A stretch of 64,000 bases of DNA from Mesotaenium endlicherianum. Its lineage: Eukaryota. Both the position numbers and the translations under genes were made by a program. The DNA lies in the NCBI GenBank assembly GCA_009602735.1, contig WELA01001079.1:62001-126000 (forward strand), read 5' to 3'. Shown one piece after another: positions 35,107-48,167 of this stretch. Position 1 is the stretch's first letter. Every line of letters begins with the position of its first letter. The notes below the pieces were generated by a model. That model saw only the letters and a program-made list of their open reading frames with translations. It was not told where the DNA came from and ran no database searches.

Positions 35107-36539
35107 GTGAAGCTGACGGAGAAGCTCAATACCTGGCGCAGTGCCTACTTTGCCAGCGGCATAGATGACTTGGGGCGCTACACTGGCGACCTCATGAGGC
35201 TCTGCCTTACATCCGACGTGCCCATCTTCCAAAAGCGATACCGCTACAGTCACTTCAAGGACGACTTGATCAGCACGCAGACAGGCAAGCTGGAGGACGA
35301 CCAGCTTAGTCGGGAGTCTTCCTCTACCTACGCGACCCCCACGGTCATGCCGGCAAGGAAGGATGCCTCAAGCAACTGGTCTGAGAAGAGGATGTTCGGT
35401 GACTATCGTAAGCTAAACGAGGTTACTGAGCAAGACATATATTCTATGCATACCCCTGACGCAATCTTCGATGACATTGGCACGTACACATGGTTCTCGG
35501 TGCTAGACTTGAGGCAGGTTTTATCCAGATTCCTATTGCGTTGGAGGACCAGCAAAAGACAACGTTCTGGGGGGCACAACGCCTCTACGATTGGAAGGTG
35601 ATGCCCTTGGAGCTGAAGAACGCTCCAACTACATTCCAGCGGGTCATGGATGAGGACATGGCAAGGCTATCCTTTGCCCGGTGCTACTTTGATGACGTGC
35701 TCGTCTTCAATGAGTCGTTCGAGGAGCACGTGGCGCACATTACCGCCGTCCTGGACCGCTTGGAGGTCGTTGGGCTCAAGTGCCATCCAGGGAAGTGCAC
35801 CTTTGGGACCCGAGAGGTGGAGAACCTCGAGCATCTCCTCTCGTCCAGCGGCTTGGCACCGTAGCTAGCCAAGATCTTGGCCATCACAGGCATCCCGCTG
35901 CCTATCAACGTCTCGCAACTGAGGGACTTTCTTGGGATCGCCAACTAACACCGCCGCTTCTTGCCTGGCTTCAGCAAGCTCGCTAAGCCACTCTACGACT
36001 TGCTGCGGAAGGGGGTGGCCTACGTATGGGGAAGAGAACAGCAGGCGGCGTTCGATAAGCTCAAGGAGATGCTAGTGAGCGTTCCAGTGCTGCGGCGGCC
36101 TGACCACACTAAGCCCTTCATCCTCCACACCGACTGGTCGCTGGCAAGGCTGGGAGCAAGGCTGGTGCAGGAGCACAACGGTTGCGAGCACGTGGTGGCG
36201 TTCGCCAGTTGCAGCAACAATCGCGACGAGGCCAACTATAACTCTTATGAGGGGGAGTGCCTGGCAGCGGTCTAGGCTATCGTGTACTTCAGGCACTACC
36301 TTCATGGCACCCACTTCCGTCTCGTCACCAACCATCTGCCGCTTAAGTGGTTCATGACATTGGAGCGCCTCACAGGCAAGTACGCGCAATAGGCACTAAT
36401 TCTGCAGGAGTACACGTTTGACGTGCACCACCGCCTGGGCTCAACCAACATAGACGTTGACGACCTCACTTGCAACCCGTTGCTTTCCTCCAAGGACCTG
36501 ATCGTGGCCCATCACGACGAGGACAAACCAGCGGCTTGA
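35107..36539 (+). pseudogene. pol: Family D reverse transcriptase and RNase H
   Basis: KRMFGDYRKLN, VMPLELKNAPTTFQR, CYFDDVLV, KPFILHTDWS and NYNSYEGECLA; several stops. Confidence 0.93.
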
Positions 36540-37139
36540 CAGGGTTAAGTCGTACGCTTAGTTCAAATAATACGCTAGTTCGCTCAAGTCGGTACTTTGA
36601 AAAATGGACTAGTTTGCTTCATACGCCTAGTACGCCAACGTTACGACGACGTCAACGTTCACTAGTTACGAAGTTGACATTACATGTCGGTCGCACGTGT
36701 AAAAGAAGCACGTCATGTCAGACTGATTATTTTGTTCAAAAAGGGATGTTATGCCCGCTTTGCGGCGACAAGTTGCGAAATTTTTTTAACTCCGTCTGTA
36801 GCGGGAGGGTAGCAGGCGGATTTGAACACCCGCCGTCGCAAGCAGGGATAAACTCTACTCTACGTGCCGTGCACATTTCTTAGACTCGAAGAGTTTTGAC
36901 TGTGTTAATTAATCATACGCTACAAAAACGGTTGGCGGAAAATAAATCAAAAAAACTTAACTAAAACGGTAGGCCCCGAGCGCCAGCCGACGGGCTCGAA
37001 CCCCCGCCACTGGCTGCTGGAAGCAATGACTTACCAGTTTTTCATTGTAAGTACTTTAAGGTACAAAGATTTGTATTGCTTAATTCCTCAGTATTTAATG
37101 CTGTTTCCGTGTACAATTTTGACAACATTTATTCATGCC

Positions 37140-37550
37140 AAAGCTGGAAGGGCCGCTTAGCAGAGCTGTTTATTGTCCTTCCTAATTATTTTATTAGTCG
37201 AATTAGAACAATTAGAGGTATCATTACTTCTTAATTGGTAACAACAAGCTTCGATGAAGATGTATGAACATGATTCGAACTTTTAGCAAGCATGTGTAAG
37301 AACTTATAAGTTCTTATAAATGCCACATATAAGAGTGACAGAAGTTTGACTAAGAATTATTTCCGTACTCGCTTTTTCTCACTAACACTGGGAGGGAGGG
37401 TCGCTTAGCAGAGCATGTTTTCTGTACTTTGTTACTAGCTAATTGATTCACTAAGAACACTTAGGAGTATTACTTCTCAAGTGAGTACTGTAAGCTTTAG
37501 TGAAGAAATATGACCATGATTCAAACTCTTAGCAAGCATGCATAAGAGTT
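37140..37550. repeat. Diverged direct duplication with ~250 bp period in the hAT 3' region
   Basis: GGG(C/T)CGCTTAGCAGAGC...CATGATTC(G/A)AACT(T/C)TTAGCAAGCATG occurs twice. Confidence 0.75.
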
Positions 37551-37804
37551 TAGAGGTAATCCATACCATGCAAATCATTCACACAAAGTGCAACATTGCA
37601 TGAAGTTATAGGGCACACAAAATTGATTTCAAATATATCATTTTTTCAACTTACATTTCTCTTATATGTACATGCTACCTCTAGTACATAAACATTAGCT
37701 AATTGACACATCTAGTAGCCAATCGCTCTTGGCCTTCTTCTTACAGGAGCATAAACACTAGGTCGCTCCTCCACCTCCTCTTCCTCTACCTCCTCTTCCT
37801 CTAT

Positions 37805-40140
37805 CTACATCTCCTCTTCCTCACTCAACGCGGCATGCAAGGCATGATTGAGATCCTCCTTTTTAGGTGTCTCCAAGAACTGCGCTTCTTCAACCCATGG
37901 AGTCGCGCCGACACTTGGTCCAAGGAAGTCCAAACTCTTCTCTTGAAGTCTCAACATACAATGCACGTACACTAACTTCTTTGCTCTAGTAGGGAGCAGC
38001 CTATTGCGAAGTGGACTATGAACAAACCCGTACTCAGACCATTTCTTCTCACATGCAGTTGCTGAACCAGGTTGCGACAACATTCTCATAGCAAAAAGCT
38101 GAAGATTAGGACAATGACTTCCGTATGTTTCCCACCACTTGTGAGCAGGCATCATGGTCTTATTAGCCTTGCAAACATCATCGCCAAAAATGTCACCGTT
38201 CTGCCGGTAGAGCGCCAACTCTCGATCCACAAATGCTCGGTCAAGCACACTGCCTCCGACAAGGGTATCCGCACGTTGGACCAATCGATTAGTAGACACT
38301 TCTCAACTGCCCAAGACTCATGATCTTGGAACTCGGGGTCCAGTTAGTAGCCTGTAGCCAAACAAAGTCAAGAAGCACTCACTATACGACAACACAATGC
38401 ACTTCATAAATAAGAGAGCAATAACAATAGCAAGCACAATAGTAATAACAATGACCAGCACAAAATAACAATCATGCACGAGAACAACAGCCGCCGAGCA
38501 GAAAAGGTAAACAACATCAAAATAGATATGTACCCGCAGAATGTAAGGGGCTGCAAAGTTGCTCCCAGCGAGCCTTCACGTCCTTCTTAACTTGGGTCCT
38601 TTGTGCCGGTTTGAGTCCTTCAACCTCAAGCACATGCTCTCTCATGGCACTCATGCAAGCCCAAATCTTCCCAAAAGAAGGTTGTGGACAATCGACTAGT
38701 TGAAGGAGAACTACAATCGGCTCACACACAGCTACCCATACCTTCACTCGCTCCTGAAGTTCATCGTCGCGAACTAATCTCCGTAGCCTCACCTACACGA
38801 CCGTTCTTTGCCGCCCACTCGAGCCATCTTCTGTCAGACACCATAGCTTGTACGGTATCCCTCACGACAATGAGTTTCTGCAAGCAAAGGAAGTTACTAG
38901 CAAACCTTGTGGGTCCTGACTTCAACAACTCTAGTTTATTTTCAAGCCTTGCCCCATGCTCCCGGTAAAGAGCGTGAGGCATTTGGTGGTTTGCAACAAA
39001 TTGGACCAAGTGCTTGAAGCTATCAATAATGCCCTCTAATTCTCTTATCTTTCCTATGTCATTCAATAGCAAGTCTTAAATGTGAGCCAAACAAGGCGTC
39101 CAATATTTGTGCGGGTGCCTCTCACGAACCACATTACTACTAGCTACAATGTTAGCTGCAGAGTCTATGCAAAGCTGTACGACATGGTCGGCCCCTATTT
39201 TCTCCACGGCCGCAAGCAGGTGGTTACCAATGTACTCACCCGTTGTCCTTTCACCCTCAGTGTTGATAGCATCCATGAACATCTCACTGCCTCCCACAAC
39301 CATAAGCACATTAAGAAGAGGGTGCCCGCATGGATCGGTCCACCCATCTTTTGCAATGGTACAACCCGTCTGTGGTAGTCCCTTCTTTTGTTTCTTCTCC
39401 CAAGCTTCTATCTTCGACACCACTTTATCTACTAGGGTACTTCCGAGAGGCTTATCCTTCATCAAGACATACTCTACACCCGTTTCTTGGGTGCACCTAC
39501 TGACAGCAATCAACATGTCCCTAAAGAAGTCACTGAGAGCAACATTGAATGATGAACCAGTACCATAGAAGAAGCGTGCGACAGTCTCATGAACAGTCTC
39601 AGCATTCATCTTCTAGAACATGTCACTTATAGAGGTTTGCCCTTACTCCCTACCTAAGGAGGGGGACCCTCCACCACTTGCACAACCCCATTCATGCACG
39701 CGCTTTTGTGCAGCTTGTATGACACTCTTCCTACATCGCGTTTCTAATAGAGAAGTAGCCATACCATTGCTACGGCTAATCATGAGATCTAGAACTTCAT
39801 CGGGAACATCCTGACACTGACTAACATCCTTACAGCCGCCCGTGAAATGGCCACGAATCCGCGTGACTCCACCGGTAAACTCCCTGGGGCAGTAGTTGCA
39901 CTTCACCTTCGAATATGAAGTCTTGGACTTGGCTTCCACAACGATGGTCACATGGCCCCACTCTAGACCAGACCTTACAGCAACTGCCCTAGGGGGTACA
40001 GAAGCGATTAAAGTTGCAGTGGACGCCCTCATTTCAGCAACCGTTGCTCCAGATGAAGTGCATGGTTGGGACATGATGCGCGTGAAACCTCCAATATGGA
40101 TGTATAGTAACAACCAATAAGAGACAAAATAAGATGCCAT
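37805..40140 (-). pseudogene. hAT transposase (BED finger, DUF659-type catalytic region, dimerisation domain) with a probable intron at ~38350-38516
   Basis: KVKCNYCPREF.GGVTRIRGH, CTIAKDGWTD, WTPCLAH, PTRFAS and WWETYG...LSQPGSATACEKKWS; stops and frameshifts. Confidence 0.92.
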
Positions 40141-40189
40141 TCAAATACCATATAAACAAGCAAAAAAGCAACAGTAGGCAAACAAGAGA

Positions 40190-43000
40190 GCATGCAGCCC
40201 CAACAAAAGCAAGCAAGGGGCAGGCAGCCCGCCCCTACTACAACTTAAAACAGCAAGCAAGGGGCTGGCAGCCTACCCCGACAGGAGCACGCACGGGGTT
40301 GGCCGCCAGCCCAGACAGGAGCAAGCACAACATCAGCCAGCCCCAACTAAAACCCTAAAACAGCAAGCAAGGGGCTGGCAGCCCGCCCCCACTAAACCCT
40401 AAAACAGCAAGCACGGGCTGGCAGCCAGCCCCGACAGCAGCAAGCACGGAGCTGGCAGCCATCAACAACGACACATACCCCACCACAAAGAGAGAGTGCA
40501 CAAAAGAGGAAGAAGGGGGGGGCAAGTACCTGATGCACGTGTACAAGGACAATCGCGCATCGACGAGCGCCAAGCGCTGCCGACTTGCTATTTACTACTT
40601 GACCTGCTTCACACATTGTACACCCACCACGAAGAGTTATAAGTAGCGCAGCAAGGGCAGTCTCGCACAGCAAGGGGAAGCTGCAGCACAGCAACAGCTA
40701 GACAGCCCCAAGAAAACCATGCAAGGGGCGGTTGCATCACAGCAGCAGCCAGATAGCCATAAAAAAGCACGCACGAGGCAGCTGCAGCACAGCAGCAACC
40801 AGAGAGCCCCGACAAAAGCATGCGGCTGCAGCACAGCAGCACCCAGACAATCCCTACTAAAGCACAACAAGCACAACAGGGGCAAGCAAGGCAACCCCAA
40901 CTAAAGCACTGTAGGGAAAAGCAAGGGGCTGGCAGCCCGCCTTGCCCACAGCAAGCAAGGGGCGGGCGGCTGCAGCACTGCGCAGCTAGCCAGCCCAGAC
41001 TAAAGCACAACAGGGGCAAGCAAGGCAACCCCGACTAAAGAAAACAGGGGCTAGCACCTGAAGCCATGCTGCAGCTACCCGGGCCCAACCAAAACAAACA
41101 AGGCGCGCAAAAATAGACACACTCACACGGATGACAGCAGGCAGCAAACAGCAGACAATGGGTCAAAAACAACAAACAAGAACCCCCCCAACAAGAAGTC
41201 GAGGGCTCATGCGGGCAAGTGTGGCCAGGCTGCCACAGCGACAAAAGAACAAAGGGAGAGGCAGCAGGCCATCAAAGAATACAAGTTGAAGCGACAAAGA
41301 GTGAATTTGGAGGGGGGGAGGGAAGGCACCTAAAGCACGTGTCGGAGGTGGGCTGTTGTGCAACTGCCGACTCGCTCTTTTGCAACTAGGCTTGCTTCAC
41401 AAAAAGTTAAAAAATAATAATAACATATAAAAATAAGGAGCAGGCGGCTTGATGGAACGCAAGCACGCCAAGAATAGACTACCAGCAGCAGCGCAGCCAG
41501 TGCAAACACAGCAAGCCAACCACAACAACAACTATAGGCCAGCAGGATCTGAGCACAAACAAATATAACGGTACCACGTGGGAGAAAATTGGCATGAGAA
41601 TACAATGTGCATGGGAGGCAAGGACATGGTACTTGAAAAGCGTGAGGAAAGAGGATCCCCGTTGATAGGCACGCAAGGTGGTAAGTCTGCCAACGTCCTT
41701 CTGGCTTGGACACTGACGCACATGATAAAGAACAGGCGGAAAGTTGTAATTAAAGCAATTGGTAGCGGGCAAACAGAAAAGAGGGCGGGCAAAGTGGGAA
41801 GTAGCCGTTGGCGGAAAGTCAAAGCAGCAATTCACAAATGGTAGCGCATAATAACAGTACACAACAAAAGACAAGCAGCAAGTGCTCCTGAAGGACACAC
41901 ATACGCCAGCCAAGGTAGCTAGCACTAACCTACGACCTTGAAAGGTGCGCTACAGACAAAATATGGTAGCACATAACAGCAGCACTCACAAATACTTGTC
42001 AACAACACACAAGCCGGAAGAGGAGCAGCAGCAAGTGCTCGCTAACAAGCACAACATCGAAAGAGGGAGGATGAAAGGACATGGTACCTCATGCAAGTGC
42101 TAGGAGAGAAGTCTCACTTCATAGGCGCAAGGGCTGCCAAATCTGCGGACGCAGCTCTTTCACAAGCCTGCCTGACACAAGATCAAACAGGTCCAGCATT
42201 GTAAAACAAGTTGCAGACTCGACAAATAGCAAAGGCACAAGACTTGCAAGCAGGCAACACGTGAGGGGGCACACAAGAGAGCACAAAGTCGGCAACTGTT
42301 GAGAATGTAAACTAGCAATTGCGAATACAAACAGGGCAACTTTGGCAAAACAGGCGCAACAGAACAGAGAAATTGTAAAAGCAACAGGCAATTAGGGACA
42401 AGCAAAAAGTGAGCGACCATGAGAGAGAGCAGGAAAGAGGATAATGGCGGGGCATGGCACCTGATGCGCAGAGTGAATGACGGAGTGTCTTCAAAGGGCG
42501 CAAGGGGCGGCAAGCCAGAGCACTTCCTTGTCTCAGCTGCGTTGGTCGCACTCAGTGTAAAAAACATCTAAAACTTGTAAAAGAGGTACATGGTAACAGG
42601 CAGCCATCAATGAACATACAAGAGACCAGGCAAAGGGGCAAAAGCTGAAGCCTGGCAGCATGTGAAAAAACATCACAAAACCCTCTAGCAGCAGGCGGCC
42701 ATTAAGACCACGTGTGAATAAATAGCCGCAAAAGGGAGGGCAGGTATGGGCAGCCAAATGGAGCTAAGAAATAACAGAAGCATGCACGGGTGGAAGGCAA
42801 TGTACAAAAACCAAAGACCCGCCTTCCAAAGATAGAGAAGGAAAGGGGAGGAGGGGAGGAAGGGAGGGACATCGAACCTGATGCACGTGTGAGGAGACAG
42901 ACACGTCGATATGGCTCAGCATGCCTGACACAGACACAAAGACAAGGAGGCAAACAGGGACGCAACTATAACATGAGCAAGAGGTAGCCAAGCAGGTAGC
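40190..43000. repeat. Degenerate, strand-asymmetric repeat region upstream of the hAT transposase
   Basis: At least six AAGCA(A/C)GG..CTGGCAGCC-like units, ACCTGATGC(A/G)C at ~40528, ~42459 and ~42876, and a T-poor plus strand. Confidence 0.65.
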
Positions 43001-44419
43001 AAAGCAGACACAAGAAAAACATGTTTGCTTTGCAAGGCAAAAATACAACTTATTCCACCCCAAATGAGAGTACACAGACTATGGCCTCCATAAACACTGC
43101 CATGGCACCCTTCGCCTCCCTCTCCCCAATGTTGTCCCCCTATCTTAATAGACCATTAGACAAGCAGGGGCAAACTTTGTAGGTGCATTTACATACCTAA
43201 GATGAGAAGTCAATCGGACCCCAATGAAAAGTCTATCTCGGACGTGGAGTTGAGCTTCCAAAGCCTTCTAAATTGAAGACACATAGAAGACAAAGGGCGA
43301 AAATTTTCAGTACACATGAGACCAATTGGACCATGCTAATTTGGTATACAAATACATCCCTACACGGTAACAGCTGAAACCCTAAACACCCAGCAAGGAG
43401 GCCATTACACAAAAACAACCTAAGAGATTATCAAACTGGGAGGACAAATAAGAAAGCAAAGAGGGACAGCAAATCTGACCTTGTCAAATCAGCAAATCAA
43501 CCCAGTGGCAGTATGAATGTCCAGACACTTTCTTCTGTCGACGTTTCTGAAAGTATATCAAGCAAAAATGTTGAATAGAATGTAAGTAAAAGAGTAAACG
43601 GGCGAAGACGAACTTGAGTGACATTTGAGAAACTATTAGAGCAACCACCACAATTCAAATCTGAAACATTGAGCAGCATACAGACAACAAGAAGCAAGAT
43701 AGAGCAGGTCATTGAGGCCATCTCAGTTGAGAATGTACATTACACATAAAAAAGTAAGCACATTAGAATCACAAAGTGAACACAACACGTTGACGCCTGC
43801 TACAGCAAGCAAGTGCATACAGCAACAAAGTGATGGAGGTGAACGAAAGGCGAGAAATGCAACTTACGAGCTGAATGGTGGTGCGAAATGAACTGGAATG
43901 GGAAACTAAAGTGTTATGTAGGTAGCCCTCAGGCATGGCCTCAAAGGGGTTGTGGCAGTGTGCTTTGCAGCTAGCGAGGAAGATCCATGAGCAAAGTTCG
44001 CAGTTTCAAAAATATTGGTGAACACCTTCTGGTAAAATTTTGCAAAATTTTGAGTTCTCGCAGCAACCTGACATTATTGTGCCTTCATCTCATCATCTCG
44101 TCGACCGACACTATATTGAAACTCATACGTAAACTTTAGCAAACGGTCCCAGACGTGAAGGCGTTGACGCATTATTGGGCGGTGCGCACGAGTAAAGAAG
44201 TTTTGTACGCTTAGTACGTGCGTACCGACTCAGTACGCTTATTTAAGCGTACGAGAGTCGACTTGTACGGCGTACGGCGTAACCCTGCTGGCATGCGGCA
44301 GCCTTCTTGGCCTTAGTGATGGACAGCGATGCGTGGCTTTGGTGTTCAACACGAGGCGTTTGGCATGGGCTGCAGCAGCAGAGCAGGACAGATGGCAGAG
44401 CAAGCCCAAGGACGTTCGG

Positions 44420-45838
44420 GACGATGCCACATTGCTGCAGTACGTCGCCGCTAAGGAGATGGTGCCTAGCAAAGACGTGAGGGACCGCGACCGCATCCTC
44501 TAGCGCAGCCGAGATTTTGTCTTCATGGAGGGTCGGCTGAGGCGTGTGATGGCCGACGACTCCGTCCTGGTGATACCTAAGCTCGCTATACGCAGCCATC
44601 TGGTTCGCACCGTGCATGAGGCCCTTGGACACTTCAGTGTCAAGCGCACTCTCAACCTACTTCAGGCTGAGAATTGGTGGCACGGCATGGCTAAGGTCGT
44701 GGCTGGCGTTGTCAGCAATTGCACTCTCTGCGACAGTGTGCGCTCACGCTTCACAACGCGCATTGTTGCCTTTAGCCCCTTGCCCATTCAGAGGCTGTTT
44801 TACAGGTGGTCATTGGACTTAGCTGGGGAGTTTCCCAAGTCCCGCCGGGGCAACCTCTACGTCTTGGTGATGATTGAGCACTTGTCCAAGTGGATCGAGC
44901 TCGTGCCCTTGCCCAGCAAGGCCAGTGAGGGGATCGCTCAGGCGTTCCTTGATCAGGTCTTTAGCTGTTTTGGCGGTTGCGCAGAGGTGCTGACTGACCA
45001 GGGCAAGGAATTTCAAGGCAGCTTTTAGAAGCTGCTGGAGCGCTCCATGATCAACAATCGCACCACCCCCCGTGATTAGCCCCAGGCTGATGGCCTTGCA
45101 GAGTGCTTGGTGCAGATTGTCAAGCTGGGGCTGTGCAAGTACTGCCTGACCCACGACAGCATCCATTGGAATGACGCACTCCCGTGGCTGGATATGGGAT
45201 ACAACTTCAGTTGCCAGGCATCCTTGGCCTTGTATTCTCCCTACTTACTACTTTATGGACGCCAACCGATCCTACTAGCCGTAGCCAGGATCGTAGCTCG
45301 GAGTGTTCTAGACTTGGACAGTCCCGAGACACCGAGTGCTCTTAACGGCAGCCTGCACAGCTGTTTCAGCGCCATGGACAATCTCAATATCGCCAAGGAC
45401 CACGAAACGCTGAGGTATGCCATGACTTGTGGAGGAGCCTATTGTCCTCGAGTGTTGCAGTTTTTTGCAGGTGACTGCGTGTACCTATAACGCCAGACGA
45501 AGAACACCCTCGACACTAGCAGCTCGCCGTTCATCCTGCGCGTGAAGCATGCCTTGGCGTCAGGAAAACTGGAGCTGGAAGGCGTAGATGGCCGTCTTCA
45601 CAAGGACCACACGAAGAACTGCGGTCCATGCCACCTTCCTTACCTTGATGTGCAGGTCCGTCCCAGCGACGCGCGGCCGCCCAAGGACTGGCCGTGCCAG
45701 ATTTGCCACAGCCTTGGCCAAGAGGCCAAGTTGCTGCTCTGCAACAGCTGCAACCTGGGCTTCCACATCGGCTGCCTCAACCCCCCATGAGAGCGCGTCC
45801 CCGCTGGAGATTGGCTATGTAATGCATGTTCTAGTTGA
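44420..45838 (+). pseudogene. pol: Family D integrase with C-terminal PHD finger
   Basis: VHEALGHF...CTLC, RWSLDLAG and VLTDQGKEF, then CQIC...LLLCNSCNLGFHIGCLNPP*ERVPAGDWLCNAC (C4HC3) with one in-frame TGA. Confidence 0.92.
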
Positions 45839-46027
45839 CTAACGGTAGCATTATCAGCTCATCAGCTGGAGGCTGAGAGCTGGGGGGGGGATTAAAACAT
45901 TTGAGAGCTGACCTTCTTTTTGGCCATAAGGCCGCATGCCTTTTCGCTTTCACCACAGCAAGTCTTCCTTGCCCACTTGGATTTTGCTTGTATTCACTGG
46001 ACGTGCCTAACCCCCTAATGCACGACG

Positions 46028-47738
46028 GAATTAACACTTGCTCATTTTTGCATATAGTTCATTCTTTCAAAGAGTGTCCATTATTATCCGAAGGTGCTCA
46101 GCATGCTCAAAGTCATTTTAAGAGAAAATCAGAATGTCATCCAAGAAAACTTGCACAAACTTATCTAGATAAAGTCTGAAAATGTCATTCACAGCACCTA
46201 TGAAGGTAGCTGGAACATTTAGGCAGACCAAAAAGCATTACTTTCAACTCAGAATGTCCATACCTTGTGCGAAAAGCAATTTTGTATTCATCTCCCTCAG
46301 CATTCAAATATCCACCTAAAGGTCAATTTTACCGTAAACACCGTAGCTCAAGAAAGTGTATCAAGCAAATCCTCGATTCTAGGTAAAGCATACTTGTTCT
46401 TTACCGTTATTCTACACAATGCTCTAGATTCCACACACATTTGCATATTGCCAACTTTCTTCTTAACAAACAAGATGGGTGCGCCATAAGGAAACTTACT
46501 AGGAGATGTATACCCATTCTCCTCGAATCCCTGAATTTGTGTTTTTAACTCTCTCTCCACAGAGGACAAGCCATAAGTACGCTGCCAGGGAGGTTGACTC
46601 CCAGGCATTAGATCAATCTTATGATCTACGTTCTTCTTAGGTGGCAGCCCTAGGGGCATGTTAAAAACGTCATCATATTGAGAAACAATTTTAGCAGCAG
46701 TGGGGTGCGCCGGAGGGCTTACCACTTTCTCAACCACTTCTTGTTCAGAAGGTACCTCTTCGAGCAGTAGGGCAAACATTTTGTCCTCCTTCTGGTTATA
46801 GCTTTGAAAAAACTCCAATGCATTCAGCAACTTGGATCCTCCTAGGAGCTTTTCTTTTCCTTTCATTTGCCATCCATACAGGATAAGAGAACGAGCTTCG
46901 GTGCGTGCCCATCACTGGTCTCTCTTACTTTAACTGTACCTCTGCTCCAAGACACTTCAGCCTTATGTCTGTTCAACGAGGACCTTCCTAAAACAAGGCC
47001 ATAGAAGCCAGTGTTGAGTACCTGTAAGCTTTTGAGTTAGAACTGCAATGCGAGATTCTAACTGGACCTCAATAGGCTTGGTTATAATTCCTCCCGATAT
47101 ACTTGAATCATCCCTTAGAATTTTTCTTTATGCCCTTGGGTGAGAGTAGGCAGCCTTAGCCGCTTAACCAAGTCCTTATGAATAAAAGTATGTGACGCCC
47201 CTCTGTCAACAAATGCCCTCACCTTCCTACTTGCAATCATATAACGCAATAGAATAGGGGAACTGACTCTTGTGGACTTTCGCACTGTTCTCCTAACTTC
47301 GCAAAGAAATGTTGGACATTGGGTGGAACAAGACCATTTAGATTGTGCACTCCTTGGAGATAAATGTTGCTGATGGTTTCCTTTATCTAGTTGTCAGGTA
47401 TGCTTAGTGAATCTAGTTAACCAGGGCCCATAACACCTGGTACGAGGGCAGTTTGCAATAATTGACTACCTCTAGCCTACTCACAGTCAGTAGACCAGAA
47501 TGTTAACTGTTGCTGTCTTTTATAGGCTGGTCCTTTCTCTGGACCTTTGGTAGGTGGTTTCTAGGACTCTGCCCCCTGTAGTGGCCTCTCTCTTGGCAAT
47601 GGTAGCAAATCGAATTTGCTAAGGCTGGTCTTGGCTTAGTCCTACAACCACCTCTTTGAAAGCCTCCTTAAGAGTAACCACCTCTCCCGCTAGAGTGCGT
47701 TGCATTGTACTCACACCCAGAGTACGCTTGCTCATCCA
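46028..47738 (-). mobile_element. Second family C-like copy: fragment with gag end, protease and RT
   Basis: The reverse complement aligns with ~9140-10800 (HPTAAKIV...SQPPWQRTY...[18 protein letters not shown]). Confidence 0.88.
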
Positions 47739-48167
47739 TGTCGTGCGGTAGGAGGTCGGGTGCGTATCAATGACACAAGCAATGCATACTATGCAAGCAG
47801 GCTTTGCTGCAATGAACTCTATAATACATGTGGCTTTATAGCCAAACGATAGTCACGCGTCAAATGTTTTTATTAAGGAGTGAGTACTCTCCAGAGTGAG
47901 CACCTCAAGACTTTAATCTGGTAGGAAAACAACTAATGAAGTCTGGCCCAAAAGATCACTGGAAGCACATCATGATCTTCAAGAGTAGTCCTATGGCAGG
48001 GGGTATAAGCAATGACTTTGCTCACCACTTGTGAAGTTCTTCTAGTGATTGGAAGCCAGCAAAGCTTGCTCTTCTCAAGAGAGAGACTAAGTAAACCTGA
48101 AAACACAAGAGATAAAAGTGTAAATTTTTTGATAATCTCTGTGACTTACAACTGGCATAATGGGACT
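47739..48167 (-). mobile_element. Family D non-coding derivative: left terminal segment joined directly to right terminal segment
   Basis: The reverse complement of ~47876-48167 matches ~48875-49167. The reverse complement of 47739-47875 is homologous to 45891-46027 and ends CACGACA. Confidence 0.8.

Larger units (their letters stand above)
36540..44287 (-). mobile_element. hAT DNA transposon (7.7 kb) inserted between RNase H and integrase of family D
   Basis: 17-bp TIRs CAGGGTTAAGTCGTACG / CGTACGGCGTAACCCTG (15/17 match) with TACG/CGTA-rich subterminal regions. No clean 8-bp TSD. Confidence 0.9.
28530..46027 (+). mobile_element. Family D Ty3/Gypsy-type retroelement carrying a C5 DNA methyltransferase and a PHD-finger integrase; 5'-truncated and interrupted by a hAT
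   Basis: Domain order gag (2x CCHC)-PR-DNMT-RT-RH-IN-PHD. A G9 tract at 45882-45890 precedes the right end CACGACG, which abuts unrelated family C RT sequence. Confidence 0.9.

Noticed and set aside
36980..37040. Functional tRNA gene
   Set aside because: No complete acceptor stem or D-arm could be built, so it is reported only as a relic.
40190..41100. Spaced short repeats resembling a CRISPR array
   Set aside because: The repeats are degenerate with irregular spacing, there are no cas genes, and the context is a eukaryotic transposon.
36532..44295. 8-bp hAT target-site duplication
   Set aside because: The flanks CGGCTTGA and CTGGCATG do not match, so no TSD is claimed.
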